Shown here: piece by piece, positions 1 through 11,116 of the stretch
Position numbering within the stretch: the stretch's first letter is position 1
How the letters are laid out: every line of letters starts with the position of its first letter
Source: a bacterium
GTDB lineage: Bacteria; Patescibacteriota; Minisyncoccia; JBBINA01
Direction of reading: 5' to 3'
NCBI GenBank assembly: GCA_037444125.1
Contig: JBBINA010000003.1
Span: 3,167 to 67,166, forward strand
DNA: 64,000 bases
Program-made: the position numbers and the translations under genes
The notes under the pieces: generated by a model
Databases searched by the model: none
Told to the model about the DNA's origin: nothing
Seen by the model: only the letters and a program-made list of their open reading frames with translations

Positions 1-403
1 AAAAAAGAAATAAAACAACTAAAAATGGCAACAATGTAGGCACCACCCCAAAGAAAAAGATTTTCAAAAAACTTTCTCCGCTTGATACAATCTCCACTTT
101 CCTTAAATTATCTTCACTAACCCCTAAATTAACAAGTGTCTGCGTTAAAGAAGCGTCTTGTTCTTTATAGGTAATTTTTTTCTTATCGCTATCTTTGTAT
201 TCAATACTTAATCTATTTCCTTGTTCAGTGATCCTCTTAACTTTTTGCAGCTCAATGTCTTCAGCTAACTGCGTCAATGATATTTTATAATCATTTAGCC
301 GTCCCATTTGGGTGGCTAAATTCGTATCTTTACCTGAAAAAAGAAGTGAAATAAAAATTAAGACCATAAATACCGCTATTAGGTTTTTGGTAAACTGCTT
401 CAT
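1..403 (-). CDS. ftsH: ATP-dependent zinc metalloprotease FtsH, N-terminal part only. The gene runs off the left edge of the window.
   Basis: Hand translation from ATG at 403-401 gives MKQFTKNLIAVFMVLIFISLLFSGKD... (TM1), then a periplasmic segment, then a second hydrophobic helix (IFFFGVVPTLLPFLVVLFLF) with no stop before position 1. The periplasmic segment ISLTQLAEDIELQKVKRITEQGNRLSIEYKDSDKKKITYKEQDASLTQTLVNLGV runs parallel to the E. coli FtsH N-terminal domain ([43 protein letters not shown]). It is absent from the ORF track because its stop lies outside the window. Confidence 0.5.
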   Translation of the reverse strand, partial: MKQFTKNLIAVFMVLIFISLLFSGKDTNLATQMGRLNDYKISLTQLAEDIELQKVKRITEQGNRLSIEYKDSDKKKITYKEQDASLTQTLVNLGVSEDNLRKVEIVSSGESFLKIFFFGVVPTLLPFLVVLFLF

Positions 404-409
404 ATTTTC

Positions 410-1462
410 TTATATTGGTTGCACAATTAAACGATGATTCTTAGGTTCAAAAGTGATAATTTTAAAACTACGCTCCTCTCCAACCTTGAATTTATTTAAC
501 ATATCCTGATGATTGGTAAACTTCGAAGAAGGTATTAATCCATGAACTTTAGGCATAATATCTACAATAATACCATAAGATTTTATCCTAACTATTTTGC
601 CTTTAATCATCTGTCCTTCCTGCAAATCAGATGTCAACCAGGGATCAGGTATAAGTTGTTTAATCGACAAGCTGACTTGATCACCGTTAATACCAATGAT
701 TTTAGCTTTAACTCGCTGGCCTATTTTATACAAAGTTCTGGGATCGTCAATTAATTGCCAGTCAAGTTCTGATATATGCACTAACCCTTCAATAACCTCA
801 TCGAACCTGACAAAAATTCCATACTCAACTATACCCCGCACTTCACCTTCAATAATGTCTCCCACTTTGTATTTTGACAGTTTTTGCCTTAAAGCTTCTA
901 ATTCTTCCAATTTTTCAGAAATAATTAATTTTTTTGTAGCCTGTTCAATACCAATTATACGAACCCGAAATTCTCTGCCAATAAATTTCTTAAGTTCCTG
1001 CAAAATTAATTTTTGATTACCCCCCACATCAGGATAATTCTCTTTTTTTAACTGAGAAGTCGGTAAAAAGGCATCTATGTTTCTCACTTTGGTTAAAAGA
1101 CCGCCGCGATTAACTCCCATAATTTTAACTGTTATTTCCTCTTTGGTTTGAATCATCTTATTAATATAATCCCAAAGGGGCATTTCATTAACTTTCTTAA
1201 GTGAAACCTCAATTAAGCCTTCCTCGTTGTCTATAGAAATCACTTTCACCTTCACTTTATCGCCAACCTTAAGAGCCTTCACGTCTTCTTTATTATCATA
1301 AAATTCACTTTTATAACATAAACCTATGCCATAATTACCCAAATCAAAATAAATTCTATTTCTCTTTTTCTCAATAATCTCGCCTTCAACGATCTGACCT
1401 TTTTTTATAAAACCAACAAGCTGCAAATTGTCTTTTACAATTTGTTTCATAATAAAACCCAT
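410..1462 (-). CDS. rpsA: 30S ribosomal protein S1-like protein with four S1 RNA-binding domains
   Basis: 350 aa with repeated S1-fold signatures (G.IV.G.I..I....YFDLG..GIG; VGD.V..KVI.ID...G.I.LS). Confidence 0.65.
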   Translation of the reverse strand: MGFIMKQIVKDNLQLVGFIKKGQIVEGEIIEKKRNRIYFDLGNYGIGLCYKSEFYDNKEDVKALKVGDKVKVKVISIDNEEGLIEVSLKKVNEMPLWDYINKMIQTKEEITVKIMGVNRGGLLTKVRNIDAFLPTSQLKKENYPDVGGNQKLILQELKKFIGREFRVRIIGIEQATKKLIISEKLEELEALRQKLSKYKVGDIIEGEVRGIVEYGIFVRFDEVIEGLVHISELDWQLIDDPRTLYKIGQRVKAKIIGINGDQVSLSIKQLIPDPWLTSDLQEGQMIKGKIVRIKSYGIIVDIMPKVHGLIPSSKFTNHQDMLNKFKVGEERSFKIITFEPKNHRLIVQPI

Positions 1463-1567
1463 TAATAATTGACTAAAATATTATAGTTTAATTTTGAATT
1501 TTTTGCAAGTTAACATACAGACGACTTTAATTTGCAAAACTAAGTTTTTTCTACTAGAATATTTTTT

Positions 1568-2194
1568 ATGAAGTTTATTCTACAAAAAAAATTAAATAAC
1601 TTTTGTCTTCAAAGCGAACTTCTTTCAATTTGGCTCAGCAAAACTGCATCAACAATCTCTGTAAATAACACAAATATCGACAGTTTATCTAAAAAAAATG
1701 TTTTTCTCTTAGATAGTCCCGACCATCAAAATACAACCAACAATAAAGAAACTGACGACAACTTTTTCATCAAATTCCCAGGCATATACGAATTTTCAGG
1801 CGTCATTATTAATGTTTATGCCTTGCATCACGACAAACTAATCAAAAATGTCCCACAAATTAACCTCAGTAAGGATTTTGATATTACTTATATCGCTTAT
1901 CCAGAATTCCTCGACACAACTCGCCACAAAAACCTTTTAGAAAATATTGAAGAAACAAAAATCCTAATACTCAACTGCAAAAATGACACCGAGAAAAATA
2001 CAAAACTTACCAAAAACCTCGTAGATGCCATTGAACCACAATTAGTCATACCATATTCAGATTCAGATACCAAACTAGATCTCAACATATATATTACTAA
2101 ACTCTTTGGCACCAATCCCTTTAAAACAGATCGTTTAATCATCAAACCCAACTTGACTAATGAATTAAAGGATAAATTCATTCTTATTGAGTAA
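1568..2194 (+). CDS. hypothetical protein
   Basis: 208-aa ORF with low-complexity N/K/T-rich composition and no recognised motif. Confidence 0.35.
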   Translation: MKFILQKKLNNFCLQSELLSIWLSKTASTISVNNTNIDSLSKKNVFLLDSPDHQNTTNNKETDDNFFIKFPGIYEFSGVIINVYALHHDKLIKNVPQINLSKDFDITYIAYPEFLDTTRHKNLLENIEETKILILNCKNDTEKNTKLTKNLVDAIEPQLVIPYSDSDTKLDLNIYITKLFGTNPFKTDRLIIKPNLTNELKDKFILIE

Positions 2195-2244
2195 GTAACG
2201 ACGCATTATATCCTTGCGCAATTTTGCTTAACACAAATTCTAAC

Positions 2245-2319
2245 GCCCCTGTAGTTTAATTGGATAGAACGCTGCCCTGCGGAGGCAGAGGTTTGGAGGT
2301 TCGAATCCTCCCAGGGGCA
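2245..2319 (+). tRNA. tRNA-Arg, anticodon read as GCG
   Basis: Cloverleaf: acceptor stem GCCCCTG/CAGGGGC, U8, a D-arm with GG, anticodon stem CTGCC/GGCAG with loop CTGCGGA, T-arm GGAGG-TTCGAAT-CCTCC, discriminator A, and no encoded CCA. The D-loop and T-arm are near-identical to E. coli tRNA-Arg(ACG). Confidence 0.75.
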
Positions 2320-2631
2320 CATAATTTTATTGCGCAAATTTTCTTTTCGTCCCCATCTTCGGGCTGTTTTATAGATTTAGAACGATTTCAATCTTAGTTT
2401 AGAAAACAAAATTTAATCATTTAAAACCAAGAAACTAAAATTTTAATCTTTGGTATCTTCCACATAAGAATAAAAAATATAAGAATAAAAAATCGGCAAA
2501 GCCCAAAAATTGTCTAAAATAAAAGGAGAAACCAACTCCTTCCAATAAGACACAAAAATTATGCCAAGTTTTGAAAAGTAAATATTTTGCAATAAATAAA
2601 AATGTTTTAAATTTTATTAAACTTATCAACC

Positions 2632-2656
2632 AAAAAACCCCGTAACGGGGCTTTTT
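2632..2656. terminator. Bidirectional rho-independent terminator downstream of hup
   Basis: An A-run, then hairpin CCCCG-taa-CGGGG, then TTTTT. It reads as a terminator on either strand. Confidence 0.5.
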
Positions 2657-2685
2657 GGCTTTGCGAGAGTTTCGTAAAGAATATA

Positions 2686-2967
2686 TTATCTAACTGCATC
2701 CTTTAAACCTTTACCTGCTCGGAATTTCGGAACCTTAGCTGCTGGAATTTTGATAACTGCCCCTGTTCTCGGATTCCTCCCAGTCCTCTCTTTTCTCCTT
2801 GCAACTACAAAAGTACCAAATCCAGCAAAAGCAACTGGATTGCCGGATTTAAGGGTTGATTTAATAACATCCATTGAGGCATCAAGAGTTGCTCTAACCT
2901 GGCTCTTGGAAAAGCCTGTTTTTTTGGCTACGGCTTCAACAAATTCTCCTTTGTTCATTTTATTCAC
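2686..2967 (-). CDS. hup: HU-family nucleoid DNA-binding protein
   Basis: 93 aa: MNKGEFVEAVAKKTGFSKSQVRATLDA...GFGTF...RKERTGRNPRTGAVIKIPAAKVPKFRAGKGLKDAV, the classic HU/IHF fold signature. A strong GGAGGTG Shine-Dalgarno lies upstream. Confidence 0.85.
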   Translation of the reverse strand: MNKMNKGEFVEAVAKKTGFSKSQVRATLDASMDVIKSTLKSGNPVAFAGFGTFVVARRKERTGRNPRTGAVIKIPAAKVPKFRAGKGLKDAVR

Positions 2968-3159
2968 CTCCTTCCAAAATTATTTCATAATTTCTTGTTA
3001 ATCGCAGTTCGTTTATTTTATCTAAACAAACAGCGTTTTTTATTGTAATCAATTTGTTATTTATACCCGCATCTTTTAAAGCGGGCAAGCATAATTAGAT
3101 TAAAAGTCAGCTATAGTATTTTAAATCCTTTCTTAAAATATATCCAGCTAACATATTCT

Positions 3160-4743
3160 TTAACGTGCGTATTCAATTACTCTTGTTTCTCTTATGACAT
3201 TAACCCGAATTTCACCCGGATAAGTTATCTCTTCCTCGATTTTTTTGGCAATTTTCTTTGCCAAATTCATAGCTTCAAGATCTGAAATTAATTTAGGATT
3301 AATAAATACTCTCACTTCTCTTCCCCCGGAAATAACATATGAAGATTCAACACCTTCAAAGCCATTAATAGTTTTTTCTAGAGATTCTATTCTTTTAATA
3401 TAAGCCTCGTATGATTCTTTACGCGCGCCTGGCCGCGAAGAAGAAATAGCATCAGCTACCTGAATAATTTTAGCTTCAAGTGGGGCTTCTACACCTACCT
3501 CATGGTGAAAAAGTACTGCTTTGACAATTCTATCATCTAACTCAAATTTTTCAAGTATACGCTTACCAATTTCAACATGCGAACCTTCAACATCGTGCGA
3601 CAAAACTTTACCAATATCATGAAGCAAACCGGCCCGACAACACACATCTTTGTCTACATTAAGCTCCTGAGCTAACAATCTAGACAGATGAGCTACTTCA
3701 ATTGAATGTCTCAAAAGATTCTGGCCGTAAGATGTTCTAAAATGCAACATCCCAACTAAATAAATAAGTTTTGCTGGAAAATCATTAATTCCCAGTTCAA
3801 CACAACTTTCCTCGCCAAGCGTCTGAATTCTTTCAGAAAACTCCTCTTTAACTTTTTGGTAAATTTCTTCGATTCTGGCCGGCTGGATTCGTCCGTCTTT
3901 AATCAACCTGGCTAGAGTTTCTTTGCCTATTTCTCGGCGTAAAGGACTAAAAGAAGAAATGACTACCACATTAGGCGTTTCATCTATTAAGACATCAACG
4001 CCGGTAATACGCTGAAAGGTTTTAATGTTCCTGCCTTCTTTACCTATAATTTTGCCTTTAGTTTCTTCATCTGGTAATTCGACAGTGGCGGTTGTGTATT
4101 CTTCAATCTTCGAGGGAGCGTATCTTTGCATAGCCTCAAGCATAATCTCAACACCTTTTTTCTCTAAAACTTCTTTTTTATTCTTTTCTAGCCGGGTAAC
4201 TAATTCCTTAATCTCTTTTTCATAATCTTGATTAATGGTCTCAAACAACATTTTTCTAGCCTCATCTTTGCTTAAACCAGCTATAACACTAAGTTTTGCT
4301 TCTTCTTCTTTCTTTAGTTCTTCTAGCGATTCTCGTAACGACCTTAGTTCGTCAGCTTTCGTCTGAAGGACTTCTTTGATCTTTTCAATTTTCTCCTCAC
4401 GATCATGAAGTTTTTGCTCCCATGATCTCAAACGAATTTCTTCTTTCCTTACATTATCAAGGCGCTCTTTCTCTTCGCTTTTTGCTTGATCAATAATTTT
4501 TAAAGCTTTATCTTTAGCTACTAAAATTATCTTCTCAGCTTCGTTTCTTTTCTCCTCAATGATTCCTTTAATGGAGCCAGCAATCTCTTTTTCCTTACGG
4601 GATAAGCTTAATTTCTTTAATACATAACCACCAATAATGCCTATGACTAAGAAAATGAAAGAAAAAACAATTGTGATTGGTTGCATAAATTGCATAAATT
4701 TTGAGTAATAAATTAGACATATAACTCCAAAAATACTTATCAA
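3160..4743 (-). CDS. rny: ribonuclease Y (N-terminal TM, coiled coil, KH and HD domains)
   Basis: 527 aa. KH motif [25 protein letters not shown] and HD domain LLHDIGKV...HHE... Architecture is typical RNase Y. Confidence 0.85.
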   Translation of the reverse strand: MISIFGVICLIYYSKFMQFMQPITIVFSFIFLVIGIIGGYVLKKLSLSRKEKEIAGSIKGIIEEKRNEAEKIILVAKDKALKIIDQAKSEEKERLDNVRKEEIRLRSWEQKLHDREEKIEKIKEVLQTKADELRSLRESLEELKKEEEAKLSVIAGLSKDEARKMLFETINQDYEKEIKELVTRLEKNKKEVLEKKGVEIMLEAMQRYAPSKIEEYTTATVELPDEETKGKIIGKEGRNIKTFQRITGVDVLIDETPNVVVISSFSPLRREIGKETLARLIKDGRIQPARIEEIYQKVKEEFSERIQTLGEESCVELGINDFPAKLIYLVGMLHFRTSYGQNLLRHSIEVAHLSRLLAQELNVDKDVCCRAGLLHDIGKVLSHDVEGSHVEIGKRILEKFELDDRIVKAVLFHHEVGVEAPLEAKIIQVADAISSSRPGARKESYEAYIKRIESLEKTINGFEGVESSYVISGGREVRVFINPKLISDLEAMNLAKKIAKKIEEEITYPGEIRVNVIRETRVIEYAR

Positions 4744-5321
4744 GCGACGATTTTATCAACAATACCATATTTAACAGCTTCATGGGCGTCAAGATAAAAA
4801 TCTCTATCTGTATCCTTCTCAATTATTTTAATATCCTTACCTGTATGATGAGATAAAATTTTATTAAGACGATCTCTCATTTTCATAATATGCCTAGCTG
4901 TTATTTCTACTTCAATCGCTTGACCACCGACACCAGTAATCATCACTTGATGCAACATCACTTCTGAGTTAGGTAAAATATACCTTTTTCCCCGCTTACC
5001 TGCTGCAAGCAAAACCGCAGCCATTGAAGCAGCCATACCAACGCAAATTGTAGAAACATCACATTTTACATGCTGTATGGTATCATATATAGCAAGCCCG
5101 GCAGTTACAACACCACCTGGACTATTAATATAAAGTTTAATGTCTTTATCCCTTGACTGGCTTTCTAAAAAAAGCAATTGAGCAATAACTATATTAGCCA
5201 CAGAGTCAGTTACTGGACCGCCTAAAAAAACTATACGATCTTTTAGTAAACGAGAATATATATCATAAGCTCGCTCGCCATAATTGGTTTTTTCGATTAC
5301 AGTCGGTATAAGATAACTCAT
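4740..5321 (-). CDS. clpP: ATP-dependent Clp protease proteolytic subunit
   Basis: 193 aa: [22 protein letters not shown]...[21 protein letters not shown]...[31 protein letters not shown], the ClpP catalytic-triad context. Confidence 0.9.
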   Translation of the reverse strand: MSYLIPTVIEKTNYGERAYDIYSRLLKDRIVFLGGPVTDSVANIVIAQLLFLESQSRDKDIKLYINSPGGVVTAGLAIYDTIQHVKCDVSTICVGMAASMAAVLLAAGKRGKRYILPNSEVMLHQVMITGVGGQAIEVEITARHIMKMRDRLNKILSHHTGKDIKIIEKDTDRDFYLDAHEAVKYGIVDKIVA

Positions 5322-5342
5322 AGATTAGATATTATTTTTAAT

Positions 5343-6620
5343 TTAAGATGACACAAGGAATGCCGACGCTTTTTGCTGCATTAATAAACTGGTTACTAAA
5401 CGCCTCATGTTATCTTTTTTCATATATTCATCGGCTTCCTTTTCATTATAGGCATATTTAACATAATGATTCAAGAAGTTTGTAACCTCTTGATGGCTTG
5501 GCAGTAAATTTTCTTTTTTGGCAATTTCTTCTAAAACAAGTCTAGCCTTAACACGATAAACAGCTTCTTTTTCTATGGAAGCCGCTATTTCTTTATTTTC
5601 TAAATTCTTTTGAAACCAAGCTTTTGAATCCCGGCCCTTCGCCTCCAATTCTTTTTTAATCTCGCTAAGAATAACTTTTTTTTCTTCGTCATAAAAAATT
5701 AAAGGAATGGCAAAACTTGAAGAATCGATTATTTTTCTTACTTTTTCATTCAAAACCTTTTTTCGCCACCAATCTTTCTTATTAGCCTCAATTTGTTTTT
5801 TTACTGCCTTAATAAATTCCCCAACATTATGATGCTGGCTTATTTTCTTTACAAATTCATCTGTCAATTCTGGTAATTCTTCAACTTCAACTTTCAATAA
5901 TTTAAACCAAACATTAGCCGTCAAACCGCGTAATTTTTTATCAAAATAGTCTTCGGGAAACACAAAAATAAATGACTTTTCCTCTCCCTTGCGCAATCCT
6001 AAAATATTGTCTTCAAAATCCTTAAACAACCTGCCGTCGCCTATTTTAATCACAAAATTGTTTTTTTCCTCATTTGGCAATAAATTGTTTTTAAAACTTA
6101 TTTTGTAATGCAAAGTTACTAGATCACCTTTTTTTACCGGTTCTGTAGTTTCATTTCTAGAAGCATATGCGCGACGAACCTCATATATAACAGCCTCGAT
6201 TTCTTTATCAGACACTTTTTCCTCTCCGCCTTCTCCAATTTTAATATTTCTATAATCGCCCAATTCTACGGAAGGAACAAGATAAATTTCAATGTTAAAT
6301 ATTGCCTTTCCATCTTTTAAAATATCATTCATAATTTTCACGCTGGGTTCATATGAAATTTGCTTAATCTCTTTTTCAGCTAAAAACTTCTTTAAAAAAT
6401 CAAGAATATAAAACCTAGCAGCGAAGTCTACTATCTTAGCTCGGCCAAATCGCTTCTCAATAATCTCATTAGAAGCCTTACCCTTCCTAAAACCATTAAA
6501 ACTAAAATTATCTCTATAATACTTATAGGCTTCATTTCTAAAATTATCGATTTCCCCTAAATCAACTTCCAATTTAAGTAAAATAGTAGCGTTTTCAATT
6601 TTATTTTCTTTAATGGTCAT
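5343..6620 (-). CDS. tig: trigger factor
   Basis: 425 aa with the N-terminal ribosome-binding signature NGFRKGKAS (GFRxGKxP). The tig-clpP gene order is conserved. Confidence 0.75.
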   Translation of the reverse strand: MTIKENKIENATILLKLEVDLGEIDNFRNEAYKYYRDNFSFNGFRKGKASNEIIEKRFGRAKIVDFAARFYILDFLKKFLAEKEIKQISYEPSVKIMNDILKDGKAIFNIEIYLVPSVELGDYRNIKIGEGGEEKVSDKEIEAVIYEVRRAYASRNETTEPVKKGDLVTLHYKISFKNNLLPNEEKNNFVIKIGDGRLFKDFEDNILGLRKGEEKSFIFVFPEDYFDKKLRGLTANVWFKLLKVEVEELPELTDEFVKKISQHHNVGEFIKAVKKQIEANKKDWWRKKVLNEKVRKIIDSSSFAIPLIFYDEEKKVILSEIKKELEAKGRDSKAWFQKNLENKEIAASIEKEAVYRVKARLVLEEIAKKENLLPSHQEVTNFLNHYVKYAYNEKEADEYMKKDNMRRLVTSLLMQQKASAFLVSS

Positions 6621-7693
6621 TTTATCTCGTCTATTTCCTGAATATCAATTTTATAGTCGGTTAATTTTGCGGCCAAACGAACATTCTGGCCATTTTTACC
6701 TATAGCTAAAGATAATTGATCTTTACTAACCTTAACCGTAGCTTTTTTTTCTTTCTCGTCAACCACTACTTCCATAACCTTAGCCGGTGATAAGGCATTC
6801 TGAATAAATTTGACTGGATTTTCGTCCCACTTAATAATATCTATGTTTTCCCATCCAAGCTCATTAAGAATCAAGGAAATTCTTGTTCCCTTCTGACCAA
6901 CACAAGCTCCAATAGGATCAATTTTTGGATCATTAGAAACAACGGCAATTTTTGAACGTGAGCCAGGCTCGCGGGCTAAATTTTTAATCTCAACAATATT
7001 TTGATTAATTTCAGGTATTTCAGTAGCAAATAACTGTTTTAAAAATTCGTCTCGACGTCTGGTTAAATAAAGTGTAACTCCCTTAGGTTCAGTTTTTACT
7101 TCGTAAAGCAATGCTCTTATGCGCTGGCCTACTTTTAATTCTTCGCCTTCCATCAATTCAGTCGGAAAAATAACTCCAGTAGTTTTTCCGATTTCAAGAT
7201 AAACAATTCCTTTTTCAATACGCTGAACACGCGAATAAAAAATTTCATTCTCTCGGCCTTTATACTCTTTAAACAAGTATTCTTTCTCCATTTCTTTAAT
7301 TCTCTGCACTAAAACCTGCCTTGCTGTCTGGCTAGCTATACGACCAAAATCTAATTCCAAAGGTAAATCAAATTCCAAAACATCTCCCTCTTTAACATCT
7401 GACTTAATTTTCTGGGCCTCGCTAAGACTTATTTCTTTTTTGGGATTCAAGTCTTTGCTATCATCAGCACGAACCAACTTTTCTTCATAAATTCGTTTTA
7501 CAGCATAATCGTCAGAAAACTCTATTTTTATTTTATGTCCCTGCAAATTGCGCTCCTTCTTATAGGCACCAGCTATAGCTTCACCAAGAGCTTCAACGAT
7601 TATATTTTTAGGTAAATCTTTTTCTTCGGCAATCTGGCTAAGAAGCGTATTAATGAGCCGTATATCTAAATTCATCATCAGAACATATAACAA
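6617..7693 (-). CDS. nusA: transcription termination/antitermination factor NusA
   Basis: 358 aa: NusA N-terminal domain, S1 domain and two KH domains (GACVGQKGTRISLILNELGWENIDII; IGKNGQNVRLAAKLTDYKIDI). Confidence 0.85.
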   Translation of the reverse strand: MLYVLMMNLDIRLINTLLSQIAEEKDLPKNIIVEALGEAIAGAYKKERNLQGHKIKIEFSDDYAVKRIYEEKLVRADDSKDLNPKKEISLSEAQKIKSDVKEGDVLEFDLPLELDFGRIASQTARQVLVQRIKEMEKEYLFKEYKGRENEIFYSRVQRIEKGIVYLEIGKTTGVIFPTELMEGEELKVGQRIRALLYEVKTEPKGVTLYLTRRRDEFLKQLFATEIPEINQNIVEIKNLAREPGSRSKIAVVSNDPKIDPIGACVGQKGTRISLILNELGWENIDIIKWDENPVKFIQNALSPAKVMEVVVDEKEKKATVKVSKDQLSLAIGKNGQNVRLAAKLTDYKIDIQEIDEIK

Positions 7694-7776
7694 ATAATTT
7701 TTTTATCCAAATAATAATAAGTCAATCTTAATAGAGAGCACTTCATTTGTCAAGCAAAAACTAATTATACAACCAC

Positions 7777-7804
7777 TTGAATTCTTAAATTCATATCGTA
7801 TAAT
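7777..7804 (+). promoter_or_regulatory. Sigma-70-like promoter TTGAAT-N16-TATAAT upstream of yraN
   Basis: -35 TTGAAT at 7777-7782 and -10 TATAAT at 7799-7804, about 16 nt before the start codon at 7821. Confidence 0.4.
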
Positions 7805-7820
7805 GTGTTGACTTTTTTAG

Positions 7821-8189
7821 ATGAAAAACTTAAAAAGACTTGGTTTTAATGCCGAAGAGAGAGTAGTTCAATACCTCAAAAACAATGGTTTTGCTATCTT
7901 AAAAAGAAATTACCGAACGCGTTATGGAGAAATAGATATTATTGCCCAAAAACTAGACACTGTTTATTTCATTGAAGTTAAACTAATTAAAAACGTTCAA
8001 TATCTTCCTGAAGCTAAAATTAACCAAAAGAAGAAAAGAGCTCTCAAACGTACAGCTTTAATGTTTTTAGAAGAAACGGCACCAAACGAAAATGAAAAAA
8101 ATACAGAATTCTGGTTAATAGCCGTTATAGAATCACCAAAAAATACGCAAAAACCATCTATCTCAATAATTCATAATCTATCTCTATGA
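7821..8189 (+). CDS. yraN: YraN-family (UPF0102) endonuclease-like protein
   Basis: 122 aa: RLGFNAEERVVQYLKNNGFAILKRNYRTRYGEIDIIAQK...YFIEVKL matches the YraN/UPF0102 signature. Its TGA stop overlaps the next ATG as ATGA. Confidence 0.7.
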   Translation: MKNLKRLGFNAEERVVQYLKNNGFAILKRNYRTRYGEIDIIAQKLDTVYFIEVKLIKNVQYLPEAKINQKKKRALKRTALMFLEETAPNENEKNTEFWLIAVIESPKNTQKPSISIIHNLSL

Positions 8190-8563
8190 AAAATGATTTT
8201 AAAAATATCTTAAACCAATTGCGAGAACTTCCAGAAGGCACGCGCGTAAAATTAGCGCTTATAATCTGTTTTTTTTCTGTTTTTGGTCTTTTCTCTTTAT
8301 GGGTCAAAAAAACAAGCGATAAATTCGTCCAACTTGACATCAATAAACCCAGCGCTCCTGACAAAATTGAAGTTACCGCTCTTTTAAATAATGTTAAAAG
8401 CGGCATAGCAAATCTAAGATCGATTTTGCAAGAAAATTTTAATCATCTCTTCTCTTTTAAACAACCTCCGTATCAAAACGAAATTTCCAACTCAAACCCT
8501 CTTTCTAAACAACCAAAGCCTCTAAATCCAAATGACTTTCCGCAATTACCCCTCTCGGACTAA
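8186..8563 (+). CDS. hypothetical membrane-anchored protein
   Basis: 125 aa with one hydrophobic helix (LALIICFFSVFGLFSLWV) and a P/N/Q-rich tail. Confidence 0.35.
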   Translation: MKNDFKNILNQLRELPEGTRVKLALIICFFSVFGLFSLWVKKTSDKFVQLDINKPSAPDKIEVTALLNNVKSGIANLRSILQENFNHLFSFKQPPYQNEISNSNPLSKQPKPLNPNDFPQLPLSD

Positions 8564-8621
8564 TGAGAAATTAATATTTATATGACAGAAAAGAAATATT
8601 GCATATTCATAATTTTTTATT

Positions 8622-11072
8622 TTGTTTGTGAATGAATCTAAATTCAAAATTTCACCAATTGAGAATGAGCTAAAAAGTTCTTATTTGGCTTATGCACTTT
8701 CAGTTATAATTTCAAGGGCTATCCCTGATCTAAGAGACGGTTTAAAACCCGTGCAGAGAAGAATTCTCTATGCCATGTATAAAACTGGGCTCCTCCACAA
8801 TAAAAAATTTAGAAAATCAGCCACTGTAGTTGGTTCAGTTATTGGCTCTTACCACCCGCATGGTGATTTGCCGGTATATGAAGCGCTAGTTCGAATGACG
8901 CAAGATTTTTCTCTAAGGTATCCGTTGGTTGAAGGACAAGGTAACTTCGGTTCTATTGATGGAGATCCGCCAGCCGCCCACCGTTACACAGAATGTAGAC
9001 TCGCTAGTATTGGCGAAATTCTTTTACGTAATATTGAAAAAAATACTGTTGAATTTATGCCTAATTTTGATGGTACCAAAAAAGAACCAAAAACTTTACC
9101 CGCACCAATTCCTTTACTGCTTTTAAACGGCGCTTCAGGCATTGCCGTAGGTTTAGCCACATATATCTTTCCCCACAATATCAATGAGGTAATAGATAGT
9201 TTTATTTATTTTATTGACCATAAAGAGTGCGCCATTACTGACTTATTGAAATTTATTCAAGGCCCAGATTTCCCTACCGGCGGCGAAATCGTTTCTTCCA
9301 AGGCTGATTTAATAAACTTTTATCAAAGGGGCCAAGGTAAAGTTACTGTAAGATCAAACTATGAATTAGAAGAAGACAAAAGAATTGTCATAACCTCAAT
9401 TCCTTATCAAGTAAATAAAGCTGAAACCTTAAAAAAAGTGGCTACACTGGTTAAGGATAAAAAGCTAGAGGATATCAAAGAAATTAGAGACGAATCAAAT
9501 AAAAAAGGTATTCGTATAGTTTTCGAACTTAAAAAGGGTTCGTCGCCACAGATTGTCTTGAAAAAATTGTTTTATTACACTGACTTCCAAAAAACTTATT
9601 ATGGCAATTTTGTAGCCTTAAAAAACGGCCTGGAACCAAAAATTCTCAACTTAAAAGAATATTACGAGGAATTTCTTCTTTACCGCATTAAAACATTCAA
9701 AAATGAAATTATTTTTGATTTGGAAGAAGCTAAAAAAAGAGTTGAAATCTTGGAAGGCCTAAAAAAAGCTCTAGATAAAATTGATGTCGTCATCGATCTA
9801 ATCAAAAAATCCCAAGATAGAGAAGATGCCAAGCAAAAACTCATCAATTTTCTCCAAATTAACGCAACTCAAGCTGACGCCATTTTAGAAATGAAACTTG
9901 AAAGATTAGCTAGGTTAGAACAAGAAAAGATATTAGCAGAGCTTAAAGAAAAACTAGAAAAAATAACTGCGCTTCAAGAATTACTTAATGATCCACGCAA
10001 AATAGAAAAAAATATTAAAGACGACATTTTGTCTTTAAAAAATAAGTTTAAAAGCCGCCGTCAAACAAAAATTAAAACAAGCGAAATTGAGTCTTCTGAT
10101 CTTTCTAGTCTATCAGCTTATGAAGAAAATTTAGTCGAAAAAAAACCTAATATCCTAATCATTACGAATAATAACTATATTAAAAGATTAGACGCCTCAT
10201 CAATCAAATCCCAAAAAAGAGGCGGCAGTGGTTTATTCCAAAAAACTAAAGACGGCGTAGAAGTTCGCAAAATTACATATCTTGCTTCTACTGACGAACT
10301 TTATCTTATCTCCAACAAAGGAAGGCTTTTTAAAATAAAAACTTTTTCAATCCCTGAGTCTCAACGTCTCAAAGTTGCTTCTCCTATAAACTCGCTTATT
10401 AAACTTGAACCTGATGAGGAAATTGTTGATTTGTTAGGCATAAATCAAGAAACCATATCTAACCATCAGTACTTTGTTTTTTTAACTAAAAAAGGTTTAA
10501 TTAAAAAAGTCGAAATTTCCAAATTTAAACTTATCAAACAGAACGGCGTAAAAGTTATAAAACTCGAAAATGATGATAGAATTTTAGGGTTTGGCTGCGC
10601 CAAACTAAAATCAGAAGTGCTTATAGCCACGCGAAAAGGCCTAGGTATTCGTTTTGAACTAGACCGAGTCAGGTCTCAAGGAAAAACAAGTTATGGCGTA
10701 AAATCACTTCGCTTTAAAAAACAAGGGGACGAAATAATGGACTTCTTAATAATTAACGATCCTGCGCCTGAATCATTAATATTTATTGCAACTGAAAAAG
10801 GTTATGGTAAAATTATCAGATTAAAAGATATTAGAAAAATAAATCGCGGCGGAAGCGGCGTTATTATCCTAAAAATAAACGCCTCAAAAGGCGAATTAGC
10901 CAAGATTAGCCAAATTTATAATTTAAACAGCGAAGCTATGCTTATAACTAAGAAGGGTGTTGTTTTAAGATTAGCAGCCAAAGAGGTTCCTTTATTGGGG
11001 CGAAACTCGTCGGGCGTTAGAATTATTAGATTAGAAAGTGAAGACTCGCTAAAAAGTTGCGTTGTCTTTTAA
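8622..11072 (+). CDS. gyrA: DNA gyrase subunit A (type IIA topoisomerase A subunit), TTG start
   Basis: 816 aa. N-terminal [33 protein letters not shown], the catalytic-Tyr region [10 protein letters not shown], a GyrA-box-like QKRGGSG, and a C-terminal beta-pinwheel repeat region. Confidence 0.85.
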   Translation: MFVNESKFKISPIENELKSSYLAYALSVIISRAIPDLRDGLKPVQRRILYAMYKTGLLHNKKFRKSATVVGSVIGSYHPHGDLPVYEALVRMTQDFSLRYPLVEGQGNFGSIDGDPPAAHRYTECRLASIGEILLRNIEKNTVEFMPNFDGTKKEPKTLPAPIPLLLLNGASGIAVGLATYIFPHNINEVIDSFIYFIDHKECAITDLLKFIQGPDFPTGGEIVSSKADLINFYQRGQGKVTVRSNYELEEDKRIVITSIPYQVNKAETLKKVATLVKDKKLEDIKEIRDESNKKGIRIVFELKKGSSPQIVLKKLFYYTDFQKTYYGNFVALKNGLEPKILNLKEYYEEFLLYRIKTFKNEIIFDLEEAKKRVEILEGLKKALDKIDVVIDLIKKSQDREDAKQKLINFLQINATQADAILEMKLERLARLEQEKILAELKEKLEKITALQELLNDPRKIEKNIKDDILSLKNKFKSRRQTKIKTSEIESSDLSSLSAYEENLVEKKPNILIITNNNYIKRLDASSIKSQKRGGSGLFQKTKDGVEVRKITYLASTDELYLISNKGRLFKIKTFSIPESQRLKVASPINSLIKLEPDEEIVDLLGINQETISNHQYFVFLTKKGLIKKVEISKFKLIKQNGVKVIKLENDDRILGFGCAKLKSEVLIATRKGLGIRFELDRVRSQGKTSYGVKSLRFKKQGDEIMDFLIINDPAPESLIFIATEKGYGKIIRLKDIRKINRGGSGVIILKINASKGELAKISQIYNLNSEAMLITKKGVVLRLAAKEVPLLGRNSSGVRIIRLESEDSLKSCVVF

Positions 11073-11116
11073 ACATCATAGAATTGTCAGCAATTTAATA
11101 AAACTGTTTTAGATAA

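Noticed and set aside
2435-2629. 64-aa ORF in the 300-bp AT-rich spacer between tRNA-Arg and hup, including a short direct repeat aagaataaaaaat x2 (2465-2493)
   Set aside because: It is hydrophobic or low-complexity with no RBS, and probably lies in a promoter or UTR region. The repeat is a 13-nt A-rich duplication of no evident significance.
3060-3090. Hairpin CCCGC-atcttttaaa-GCGGG between hup and rny
   Set aside because: No T-run follows it on either strand, so it is not a convincing intrinsic terminator. It could be a regulatory hairpin, but there is no further support.
4684-4703. Tandem repeat gcataaatt x2 near the rny start
   Set aside because: It simply encodes the duplicated tripeptide FMQFMQ in the N-terminal membrane-anchor region of RNase Y. 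It is a trivial in-frame micro-duplication.
8187-8189. Possibility of an alternative genetic code (UGA reassignment as in some CPR lineages)
   Set aside because: TGA is used as a genuine stop (yraN ends with TGA in an ATGA overlap with the next gene). The tRNA-Trp anticodon is CCA, not UCA. The full-length conserved proteins are recovered with the standard code.
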